Assembly: GCA_018711885.1 (NCBI GenBank)
Contig: DVHT01000045.1
Location: forward strand, 1 to 41,213
Length of the DNA stretch: 41,213 nt
Source of the DNA: Candidatus Choladousia intestinipullorum
GTDB lineage: Bacteria; Bacillota; Clostridia; Lachnospirales; Lachnospiraceae
Reading direction: 5' to 3'
The notes beneath the pieces were generated by a model that was not told the origin of the DNA, ran no database searches, and was given only the letters and a program-made list of their open reading frames with translations. Below, in pieces: positions 27,870-36,126 of this stretch; positions within the stretch are counted from its first letter, which is position 1, and each line of letters starts with the position of its first letter. The position numbers and the translations under genes were made by a program.

Positions 27870-29363
27870 TCAGAACTGGAAATAAATAAACTGTGTCGCA
27901 TCATATCCAGGACCGTAGACGCCGAAGATCAGCACTCCAAAAATCCCGGCAAAATATACCAGCCACCGAAGCCACAAGCCCTGGGCCGTCAGCCAATTGA
28001 TGATACTGATCCCGTTATATTTGCAGATATCGGCAAACAGAGCGATCAGAAGAGAAACGAGCAAAAGCGTCGCCGTGGCGGAGGTAAGCCCCATTGCTTC
28101 CAGGTTGCCGCCCCACGTGAACCACGCCTTCGTATCGAATCCGGCAATCTTCTTAATGATATCCACGCCCTGTAAAAAAGAAGCGCGGAAAAAGATCCAG
28201 CTGAAATCCACGAGTATAAATGTGCCCAGCATCCGGAGGATCCGGTGGCTGTCCGCTTTTTTATTCACGCCGAATACCTGCATGATCTTTTCCCTGACAG
28301 GGCAAAGCCACTCGCCGATCACCTGATACGCGCCGTTTAAACCGCCCCAGATGACAAAATGCCAGTTGGCGCCGTGCCACAGCCCGCTGACAAGGAACAC
28401 GACCATCAGATTGAACCACTTGCGCACCTTTCCCTTCCTGTTCCCCCCGAGCGGGATATACAGATAATCACGGAACCAGGTAGAAAGAGAGATATGCCAG
28501 CGTCTCCAGAAGTCAGCGACTGATACGGCAAAATAAGGCGTATTGAAATTTTCCATCAGCCGGAAGCCCATTACCTTAGCTGCACCGACGGCAATATTCG
28601 AATAGCTTCCGAAATCACAGTAAATCTGGAACGCAAACAGTACCGTCGCAACCAGGAGCTGATAACCGGTCCGCTCCGTGTACGTATTATATACACTGTT
28701 TACCGCTATGGCCAGATACTCTGCCAGGACCACTTTCTGAAAGAAGCCGTACAGCATGAGCAGCAGTCCGTCTCTCGCTCTTTCAAAATCAAAGGTATGG
28801 CGCTCATTGATCTGAATCAGCAGATTTTTGGAGCGCTCGATCGGTCCGGCCACAAGCTGCGGAAAGAATGAAACAAACAGCGCGTACTTGAAGAAATTGC
28901 GTTCCGCGTAGATATCCCCGCGGTACACATCCACCGTATAGCTGAGCGCCTGAAACGTATAAAAAGAAATTCCGACCGGAAGCACCACGTCAAGCGCAGG
29001 GATCCTCGCCTCGATCCCTGCCATTCCCAGCAGCCAGGAAGCCGTATCCGCCGCAAATCCATAGTATTTAAAGAAAAACAGGATCGAAAGGTTGCTGATA
29101 AAGGATAGTGCAACGTACAATTTCCTGCGGCGTACTTTTCTGCCCTCGTCCGGAATCTTCTCCGCTGAATCGATCAGCAGGCCGGAAGCATACGTGATTG
29201 CAGTCGATGTCAGCATCAGCAGCGCATACTCCGGGTTCCAGCACATATAAAAGAAATAGCTGCAGACCAGCAGGAACAGGTATCTTACCTTGTGCGGTAT
29301 GATGAAGTAGCACAGGCAGACGACTGGAAAAAATACGAGAAATTCCAGTGAATTAAACAGCAT
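27870..29363 (-). CDS. MBOAT family O-acyltransferase (AlgI/PatA/DltB-like)
   Basis: MLFNSLEF, LPVGISFYTFQ, FFPQLVAGPIER, YCDFGSYS, FWRRWHISLSTW, SGLWHGA, FIYFQF. Start ATG 29363 after GGAGG. Confidence 0.95.
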   Translation of the reverse strand: MLFNSLEFLVFFPVVCLCYFIIPHKVRYLFLLVCSYFFYMCWNPEYALLMLTSTAITYASGLLIDSAEKIPDEGRKVRRRKLYVALSFISNLSILFFFKYYGFAADTASWLLGMAGIEARIPALDVVLPVGISFYTFQALSYTVDVYRGDIYAERNFFKYALFVSFFPQLVAGPIERSKNLLIQINERHTFDFERARDGLLLMLYGFFQKVVLAEYLAIAVNSVYNTYTERTGYQLLVATVLFAFQIYCDFGSYSNIAVGAAKVMGFRLMENFNTPYFAVSVADFWRRWHISLSTWFRDYLYIPLGGNRKGKVRKWFNLMVVFLVSGLWHGANWHFVIWGGLNGAYQVIGEWLCPVREKIMQVFGVNKKADSHRILRMLGTFILVDFSWIFFRASFLQGVDIIKKIAGFDTKAWFTWGGNLEAMGLTSATATLLLVSLLIALFADICKYNGISIINWLTAQGLWLRWLVYFAGIFGVLIFGVYGPGYDATQFIYFQF

Positions 29364-29420
29364 ATTGTTATCCTCCAATTATACGGGCGCGCAGTCTGAC
29401 AGCGGCCCCGGTGTACCGGT

Positions 29421-30476
29421 TCAGGCTCCTGCTTCCGGAGGGTTTTCCTTCACCCATTCTGTTTCCCGGTCATAAAGCACAAGATCGCTGTCCCAGGATT
29501 CGTAGGCAGCTTCTCCTTTATGCCCTTCCAGACCGTAGTTTTCCTTCAGCCACCCGCCGAGATGGTGCGTAAGCTTGACCGCGCCATTCGTATTCAGATG
29601 CGTTTTGTCACGAAAATCCGTGGAAAAATCGATAATATCCGGATAATCCCTCTGATAAAACAAAAACGGGATCCCTTCCGCCTGCAGATACTCCTCCAGC
29701 GTCAGGTTCAGTCCCTGGCGGCGTTTATAACGCTTTTGATCCGTCTCGATCCCAAACGGAATAGCTGCCATCACAAATTCAGCGTCATTTTCCTCACACA
29801 GGCGGATGATCTTCTCCAGATATTCCATACTGTTGTCCGGGATCGCCGCGGCCTTTTTGGGGATTCCCGGATCTTCAAGCTCTACCGTCGTATAGTCGAG
29901 GCGCGATCCCTTTAAGAACGGCTTCGTGGTAAAATCATACGACTCCAGTTCCGACCATCTTGAGTGGTATTTTAAGAACGGCAGATAATACGTCAGCTTT
30001 TCCTTAAATCCGGCATCCGGCAGCATCTCATTTATCATTTCTACCTTTACCGGACCAAACTTCATGCCGTCAAACGCCTGACGGAGCCTCGATTCTCCGT
30101 TGTACATCAGCTTGTTCCAGAGATAATAGCTCTCCATCACGACGACTTTCGGCTGCTGGCGCGTAAATGCTTCTTTCAGCAAAAAATATGATGTGGCCGC
30201 CGTCTGTTCCGGACTTCCCATCACATACGAGGTAATCCCGTATTCGCGCCACAGCTCATTCGGCTGAACGCCGTAATACAGATGACTGCTGCCCAGAAAG
30301 AGGACATCCAGCGAATCCTCTTCTATTTCATAGAAGGAATGCACCATATCCACCTCTTCCGCAGTCTTTCTTCGCATGATCTCACTGATTCCGGCAAAAA
30401 TCAAAATTCCCGTAATCAGGAACGCAATCGTCCCCAATATCCGTCTAAGCCTTATATGCGGACTCTTTTTTCCCAT
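29421..30476 (-). CDS. Membrane-anchored SGNH/GDSL-like protein (AlgJ/PatB/DltD-like partner of the MBOAT)
   Basis: N-terminal TM, DVLFLGSS (block I Ser), DKTHLN (DxxH). Confidence 0.75.
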   Translation of the reverse strand: MGKKSPHIRLRRILGTIAFLITGILIFAGISEIMRRKTAEEVDMVHSFYEIEEDSLDVLFLGSSHLYYGVQPNELWREYGITSYVMGSPEQTAATSYFLLKEAFTRQQPKVVVMESYYLWNKLMYNGESRLRQAFDGMKFGPVKVEMINEMLPDAGFKEKLTYYLPFLKYHSRWSELESYDFTTKPFLKGSRLDYTTVELEDPGIPKKAAAIPDNSMEYLEKIIRLCEENDAEFVMAAIPFGIETDQKRYKRRQGLNLTLEEYLQAEGIPFLFYQRDYPDIIDFSTDFRDKTHLNTNGAVKLTHHLGGWLKENYGLEGHKGEAAYESWDSDLVLYDRETEWVKENPPEAGA

Positions 30477-30500
30477 AATTTACCTTTCTGTTCTGTTCGG

Positions 30501-31382
30501 TCAATTTGTCTTGCACAGGGTGTATTCTAGCATAATAAAATCCTCTTGTAAACTGCGTCTGTCACATGATGCCGGGCGTCTGAACCCGAGCTTCCCGGCC
30601 AGACGAAGAGACGGTTCATTATCCGGCCTGATGCGGACATACACATTTTCCCATGCAGTCTGCAAAGCGGCGTAATGCAGAGCGGCCCTGCACATTTCCG
30701 TTGCGTATCCGCAGCGCCGGTACGCTTCATCCAGCATATACTGAAGTTCCAGACGGACTTCTGAACGGGCCTGGATATCAGTTTCACTGCGCTCCGAAAA
30801 ACCGCAGCATCCGATCAGCGTCCCGTCCTTTAACAGCACGCTCCAGAGTCCGTACCCGTAAAACCGGTAAGCAGTCCTGATATATTCCTGCAGGTTTTCC
30901 TTTTGGAAAAAATCCTCCTGTGATGGATCAGAAAGCGCCCGTTCCATCCCCTTCTGCCGGCTGATTTCATACAATCGGTCAATATCCTCCTCCGCGATTT
31001 CCCTCAGGATCAGTCTTCCAGTCTCTGCGATCGTGACCGGGCGGCCCGTCATGCGGAGCAGATACTCTTCCAGCGTCCTTCCGTCAAGCTGTTCCGGGCA
31101 GTCCGTGACAAGCGCTGCACCGTCAAAAAAAGCCTCTTCCGAAGCAGCACATCCGATACAGACGATCCCTGATCCGGCAAGGCCCGATGACAGGACACGG
31201 CTGTCTGTGATCACGACTGCCGAATCGTTCCATCCGCAGCCTGTTCCTGCCTCCTCTAAAATGTCCTCCTCCGGATACCTGCCGCACCGGATATTCTCTC
31301 TTTTCAGTGCATCGCACAGCGCATCCGCCTGCTCCCTCCGCTCCGGTCCGAGGCAGACGATTACCTGCTTTAAGTATTCCAT
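30501..31382 (-). CDS. RimJ/RimL-type GNAT acetyltransferase with N-terminal extension resembling a degenerate HAD C-terminus
   Basis: IAETGRLILRE, YGYGLW, LIGCCG, YRRCGYATE, NEPSLRLAGKLGF. Start uncertain (31382 or 31439). Confidence 0.8.
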   Translation of the reverse strand: MEYLKQVIVCLGPERREQADALCDALKRENIRCGRYPEEDILEEAGTGCGWNDSAVVITDSRVLSSGLAGSGIVCIGCAASEEAFFDGAALVTDCPEQLDGRTLEEYLLRMTGRPVTIAETGRLILREIAEEDIDRLYEISRQKGMERALSDPSQEDFFQKENLQEYIRTAYRFYGYGLWSVLLKDGTLIGCCGFSERSETDIQARSEVRLELQYMLDEAYRRCGYATEMCRAALHYAALQTAWENVYVRIRPDNEPSLRLAGKLGFRRPASCDRRSLQEDFIMLEYTLCKTN

Positions 31383-31472
31383 ACGTCTCTCTGTTCTCCG
31401 TTTCTTCTGCATTTCGCCGTTTCCCGCCGGTTTTTTCACTCATCAGGCGGTATTTCCGGTCCGGCAAATGAC

Positions 31473-31501
31473 TTGCCATCTGTCTGCGAAACGATTATAA
31501 T
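31473..31501 (+). promoter_or_regulatory. sigma-A promoter for the cyclophilin gene
   Basis: TTGCCA-17 bp-TATAAT. Confidence 0.7.
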
Positions 31502-31542
31502 ACAGGAAGTTCAAAAAAACCAGAAAAGAAAGGAATAAGAAC

Positions 31543-32070
31543 ATGGCACAGAATCCTATCATTACAATAACAATGGAAAATGGAAGCGTCATCCGCGCGG
31601 AGCTTTATCCCCAGACGGCGCCGAATTCTGTCAACAATTTCATCAGTCTCGTTAAGAAAGGCTTTTATGACGGTCTCATCTTCCATCGGGTCATCGACGG
31701 TTTTATGATCCAGGGCGGCTGCCCGGACGGTACGGGAATGGGCGGACCCGGATACACGATTCCTGGAGAATTTTCACAGAACGGGTTCCAGAACGATCTG
31801 AAACACGACGCAGGCGTTCTTTCTATGGCACGCGCCATGCATCCGGACTCCGCAGGCAGCCAGTTCTTCATCATGCATAAAGCGGCGCCTCACTTAGACG
31901 GAGCATACGCCGCATTCGGCAAAGTGATCGAAAGCATGGATATCGTCGATCAGATCGCCACTACGGCCACCGATTTCCGTGACCGCCCGCTGGAAGAGCA
32001 GAAGATCGCCTCTGTCACTGCAGAAACCTTCGGCGTCGACTATCCGGAACCGGAAAAATCCGGCAGGTAA
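31543..32070 (+). CDS. Cyclophilin-type peptidyl-prolyl isomerase
   Basis: FYDGLIFHRVIDGFMIQGG, LSMAR, SAGSQFFI, HLDG. Confidence 0.96.
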   Translation: MAQNPIITITMENGSVIRAELYPQTAPNSVNNFISLVKKGFYDGLIFHRVIDGFMIQGGCPDGTGMGGPGYTIPGEFSQNGFQNDLKHDAGVLSMARAMHPDSAGSQFFIMHKAAPHLDGAYAAFGKVIESMDIVDQIATTATDFRDRPLEEQKIASVTAETFGVDYPEPEKSGR

Positions 32071-32072
32071 TA

Positions 32073-32990
32073 TCAAAACCATGCCATAAACAGGCATAAT
32101 CCCGGGATTGTCACCAGAGAAAGCAGTGTTGAAAGAAAGACGATCTTGACGGCAAAATGCTCGTCTCCGTGATATTTTGCCGCCAGTATGGCGACCGTTG
32201 CCGGTGCAGGCATTCCGGCCAGAACAGTCGAAACGCCATTGACCGTGCCGCCGGTCCCGACGGCACGGCAGCAGAAAAATACGGTTACAGGTATCAGGAG
32301 CAGGCGGACGAAACAGTACCATAACACCTTTTTGCTGACCACATCCCGGAAATTGATCTCCGCAAGGATGTTGCCGATCACGATCATCGACAGCGCCGTA
32401 TTGCAGTTTCCTGCCGTCCGCAGCGGCGTCTCGATCCACGACGGGAGCGTGGCCTGCGCAAGCATGAGCACGAGACCGATCATCACCGCAATAATGCAGG
32501 GATGCGTCAGCACCTTCTTTATCACATTTTTTCCTTTTGTCCCGCTGAAACAGGAAATCCCGGAAGACCACATAAAAATCCGGATCGGAATCAGATAAAT
32601 CGACGCATATAAAAGGCCAATGTCCCCGTACAGGCCCTGTGCGACGGGATTGCCGAGAAATCCTGCATTCGAGACAATGGTAGCGTATTTCAGCACTGCG
32701 CGTTCCCCTTCATCTGTCCCGGGATACAGTCTGCCTCCGGCCAGTACGGCAGCGATCTGGATGCAGACAGAGACTGCAAACACGGTCAGACAGGACACCA
32801 GGATTTCCCGGTCCAGATCGATCAGGAACGAGACAATGATATTACAGGGCATAATAAAATCGATCACCAGATCAGAGAGCGCTCCCCTTGCACTTACCGG
32901 CAGGATTCCTGCCCTGGTCATGATATACCCGGCCAGGATCAGCAAAAAAATTGTCGACTGAAGCGAGATCAGCGTATTCATATCTACCAT
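32073..32990 (-). CDS. AEC (auxin efflux carrier) family transporter
   Basis: SNAGFLGNP, LSMIVIG, GMPAPA and about 10 TM segments. Confidence 0.9.
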   Translation of the reverse strand: MVDMNTLISLQSTIFLLILAGYIMTRAGILPVSARGALSDLVIDFIMPCNIIVSFLIDLDREILVSCLTVFAVSVCIQIAAVLAGGRLYPGTDEGERAVLKYATIVSNAGFLGNPVAQGLYGDIGLLYASIYLIPIRIFMWSSGISCFSGTKGKNVIKKVLTHPCIIAVMIGLVLMLAQATLPSWIETPLRTAGNCNTALSMIVIGNILAEINFRDVVSKKVLWYCFVRLLLIPVTVFFCCRAVGTGGTVNGVSTVLAGMPAPATVAILAAKYHGDEHFAVKIVFLSTLLSLVTIPGLCLFMAWF

Positions 32991-33043
32991 TTTCCAAACA
33001 CCTCACAAAGTTGTTTCCCGTATCCCGGACCGCCGCAGGGCAG

Positions 33044-33574
33044 TCAGTCACACGGTATCCGGCACGTTCTGCAGAACATCAGGGCAATGTCCCTCACACT
33101 TTCCCCGGCCCCGTTTCTGATCCACATGATTGCCGTATTAAACAGCGCCCCGATATACATATACAGCTCATATTTTTCAATCGAACCATTCGGCATCGTC
33201 CCGGCAATCTCTTCGTGGAACCGGTTCAGTTTTTCCAGTAAAATAGAACCGTAGCCGAAACGGTACAGATCCAGGGCGAACTCGCCGTATTTTTTAAAAT
33301 ATTCAAAGCTTCTCTCGACATTCTGCAGACTGTAGCAATACGTCTCATTGCTGTCGATCGTGCTGCGGTACTGCTCCAGAATATCGTCGATCAGAGTCAG
33401 CAGCACGTCCTCTTTGGAATCATAATTCCGGTAAAAAGAAACCCTTGCCACACGCGCCTTTCTTATGATCTCTGAAATCGTTATATCGGAAAAGCTTTTT
33501 TCATGCATCAGGTCAAACAGAGCCTTTATAATACTGCCTTTTACGCGTATATTTTCTGCTTTCCGTTTATCCAT
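33044..33574 (-). CDS. TetR/AcrR family regulator
   Basis: ITISEIIRKARVARVSFYRNYDSKEDVL. ATG 33574 after GGAGGAG. Confidence 0.92.
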   Translation of the reverse strand: MDKRKAENIRVKGSIIKALFDLMHEKSFSDITISEIIRKARVARVSFYRNYDSKEDVLLTLIDDILEQYRSTIDSNETYCYSLQNVERSFEYFKKYGEFALDLYRFGYGSILLEKLNRFHEEIAGTMPNGSIEKYELYMYIGALFNTAIMWIRNGAGESVRDIALMFCRTCRIPCD

Positions 33575-33628
33575 TTCTCTCCTCCGCAATGTGGTACAAT
33601 ACCAGCCTTTTTGTATCACATATCTGAC

Positions 33629-33696
33629 TTGCCGAATCAGCTTCCATATGGTACAGTTGTCTCACATCATTTTAGCAGGATATGCTATTTTGTCAA
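33629..33696. promoter_or_regulatory. Face-to-face promoters for degV (+) and tetR (-)
   Basis: + strand TTGCCG-17-TACAGT (33629-33657). - strand TTGACA-16-TAAAAT (33669-33696). Confidence 0.5.
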
Positions 33697-33711
33697 TCAC
33701 AAGGAGATATT

Positions 33712-34581
33712 ATGAGAACAGCAATACTTACAGACACCAACAGCGGGCTTACTGTTGAAGAAGGGAAAGCGGCCGGCATCTACGTGCTCCCGATGCCAGT
33801 CATTATCGAAGAGAAAAGTTATCTGGAGGGTATTGACATCACAAACGAACAGCTATATGAAGCGATCCGGACAGACAAAGAACTGTCCTCGTCACAGCCT
33901 TCCCCGGGAGACATATTGGCTATGTGGGACCAGATACTGGGAGACGGGTATGACGAGATTGTCTATATTCCCATGTCCAGCGGTCTGAGCAGTACCTGCA
34001 GCAATGCGATGCAGCTCGCACAGGAATACGATTCCAAAGTACAGGTCGTTGACAATCACCGGATCTCCGTCACTTTGCGGGAATCCGTTTATGACGCGAT
34101 GGCACTGGCAGATCAGGGACATTCCGCCGCAGAGATCAAAAAGAGGCTGGAAGACTCCGCGTATCTGGCAACTATTTACCTGACAGTTCCCTCCCTGAAA
34201 TATCTGCTCAAAGGCGGACGGATCACGCCGGCGGCAGCCGCTATCGCAAACATCTTCAATATCAAGCCGATCCTGACGATCCAGGGAGAAAAGCTGGATC
34301 TTTTTGCAAAGGTCCGCGGGATCAAGCAAAGTGAAAAGCGGATGATCGAAGCGCTGAAGGCAGACCTGGCTTCCCGCTTTTCGGACATCCCGTCCCGCAG
34401 GCTGCTCGTAGCGACTGCCGGGACGTTTGAGAAAAAAGAAGATGCGGACCGCTGGCGCGGCCTGGTGCAGAGTGCTTTCCCGGAAAGTACAGTCAGCTAC
34501 TCTCCGCTTCCGTGCAGCATTGCCTGTCATGTCGGCATGGATGCCACGGCGCTTGGCGCTGTAGTAACAGAAGAACGGTAA
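33712..34581 (+). CDS. DegV/FakB family fatty-acid-binding protein
   Basis: AILTDTNS, SSQPSPG, MSSGLSST, YLLKGGRI, IKPIL, CHVG. ATG 33712 after AAGGAG. Confidence 0.93.
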   Translation: MRTAILTDTNSGLTVEEGKAAGIYVLPMPVIIEEKSYLEGIDITNEQLYEAIRTDKELSSSQPSPGDILAMWDQILGDGYDEIVYIPMSSGLSSTCSNAMQLAQEYDSKVQVVDNHRISVTLRESVYDAMALADQGHSAAEIKKRLEDSAYLATIYLTVPSLKYLLKGGRITPAAAAIANIFNIKPILTIQGEKLDLFAKVRGIKQSEKRMIEALKADLASRFSDIPSRRLLVATAGTFEKKEDADRWRGLVQSAFPESTVSYSPLPCSIACHVGMDATALGAVVTEER

Positions 34582-34586
34582 CTCTT

Positions 34587-34668
34587 ATAAAACAGAAAGA
34601 CGGGGGTGCCGCAAAAATGTTTTGCGTGAAGCATAGCTGCATTTTTGCGGCACCCCCGTCTGTTTTAT
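34587..34668. terminator. Long palindrome between convergent genes (bidirectional terminator; REP-like copy 2)
   Basis: 22-bp perfect arms AGACGGGGGTGCCGCAAAAATG / CATTTTTGCGGCACCCCCGTCT. Confidence 0.8.
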
Positions 34669-34985
34669 TCACCGCCATCCGGTCTCATCAATTCTTTTCG
34701 TGCCCGCATCAGGATAACCGCTGACAGAACGGCTGCCAGCAGCGCTGTCCCGGCAAAATTCAGCCAGATTCCCGTCAGTCCCAGCGGCCATAAGAGGATG
34801 ACCAGCAATACAGGAAAGATCAGGGCTGTTGAAATGGAAATGACTGAAGCCGGAAGCGCTTTTTCGATCGCAAGCATATAGCTCTGTGCTGCAAAAGAAG
34901 CCAGCATACTGATCGCTCCCGGTATAGAAGCCAGAAAGAAAAGTTTAAGCGGCGGCGTCTTTGCAAATAGAACATTTGAATTCAT
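34665..34985 (-). pseudogene. MATE-family efflux gene reduced to 106 aa by a large in-frame internal deletion
   Basis: The first 30 aa (..PPLKLFFLASIPGAISMLAS) resemble a MATE N-terminus and the rest (QSYMLAIEK..ASVIS..LGLTGIWL) a MATE C-terminus. MATEs are normally ~450 aa. Divergent from MerR. Confidence 0.75.
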
Positions 34986-35045
34986 AAAATCCCCTCCCGG
35001 TTACTTTTACCTGTTTTATCTCATTTGCTCTCAGATCCCGCAGGA

Positions 35046-35074
35046 TTGACACAGCAGTCCCTGTCCCTTATAAT
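35046..35074 (+). promoter_or_regulatory. Consensus sigma-A promoter for the merR-family gene
   Basis: TTGACA-17 bp-TATAAT. Confidence 0.8.
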
Positions 35075-35111
35075 GGCAGAAATACTATTACAGGAGAGTG
35101 CAGATCCTTCT

Positions 35112-35987
35112 ATGGATAAGACAAAATTGCTGTCGATCGGGATATTTTCCAAGCTCACAGGCGTTCATATCAAGTCGCTGCGCTATTATGATGAAATCGG
35201 CATTTTAGCGCCCGCTTATGTGGATCCGGATACAAGATACCGATACTATTCCTTTTCCCAGATCCATGTTGTGGATGCCATACAGCTTTGCATTGAGCTG
35301 GATATTCCGCTGAAGCAGTTTCCCGAATACATCGATCCAGAACAAAAACAGGTGCATTATGCCCGCCTGCTCGCAAAAGGCACAGAGCTTGCACAGGAAA
35401 AGATCCGGAGCATACAGGAACGGCTTGATTTCCTTCAGGAAATACAGGCGGAACTGCTGCGGAATCAGGCACTGCAGCGCGACAGCCGCAGAAAAACGTA
35501 CCGCCTTCCCCGGAAAACCTGCTTTACACTCCCTTATACGGGAGCACAGAATACGGTCGATTATTATAAAAGCATCAGCCAGCTGTTTCACAGGATCAAG
35601 CACGAAGGCCTGAAGCCAAAGTACGACTATGGGCTGTTGCTTCTATATAAAAGCACAACCGGAGAAGCTCAGCAGTATGTGTTCGCGGATATTGACCCGG
35701 GAAGCATCACCCGTCCGGATATTCCCGGCCTTGTCGTGCTGCCCCCTGCGGATTACTGTTTTCTCCAGATGACGCAGAGCGCTATCGCAAGCGCACCGCA
35801 GCTGTTCCCGGAACTCTTTTCACAGGATTACGATAAAGTAGTCATGGAAGTAGAGCCAATTCTGGAAATCAGCAGCACTTCCTCTCCCCTGCTTGAGATC
35901 CGGTGTTCCCTTCCTCCTGCAGGGAAAAGGCCCGGAGGAAGAACATCTGACAGACAAAGAGCTGAGGCAGAAAATTTCCAGTATTGA
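35112..35987 (+). CDS. MerR family (BmrR-like) regulator; C-terminal tail probably altered by a deletion
   Basis: LLSIGIFSKLTGVHIKSLRYYDEIGIL, VDPDTRYRYY and an effector domain. Non-family-like tail after LEIRCSLP. Confidence 0.88.
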   Translation: MDKTKLLSIGIFSKLTGVHIKSLRYYDEIGILAPAYVDPDTRYRYYSFSQIHVVDAIQLCIELDIPLKQFPEYIDPEQKQVHYARLLAKGTELAQEKIRSIQERLDFLQEIQAELLRNQALQRDSRRKTYRLPRKTCFTLPYTGAQNTVDYYKSISQLFHRIKHEGLKPKYDYGLLLLYKSTTGEAQQYVFADIDPGSITRPDIPGLVVLPPADYCFLQMTQSAIASAPQLFPELFSQDYDKVVMEVEPILEISSTSSPLLEIRCSLPPAGKRPGGRTSDRQRAEAENFQY

Positions 35988-36126
35988 TAAAATGCGTGCC
36001 AGGTATTATGAGTTCTATACCGGGCACGCATGGGGTGATAAGCTGAATTTTGACCTTTGCCTGAACACCAGCCATACCGTGATCAAAGAGATCGTGCCTG
36101 CTGTTGCAAAGCTTTTTGAATCATAG
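35918..36126 (+). pseudogene. C-terminal remnant of a cytidylate-kinase-like family protein
   Basis: EHLTDKELRQKISSIDKMRARYYEFYTGHAWGDKLNFDLCLNT matches the D..R..YY..YTG..WG....DL.LNT signature. No P-loop, SD or proper start. Confidence 0.75.

Noticed and set aside
27870-30476. dlt operon
   Set aside because: There is no DltA or DltC, and the MBOAT motifs are of the longer AlgI type.
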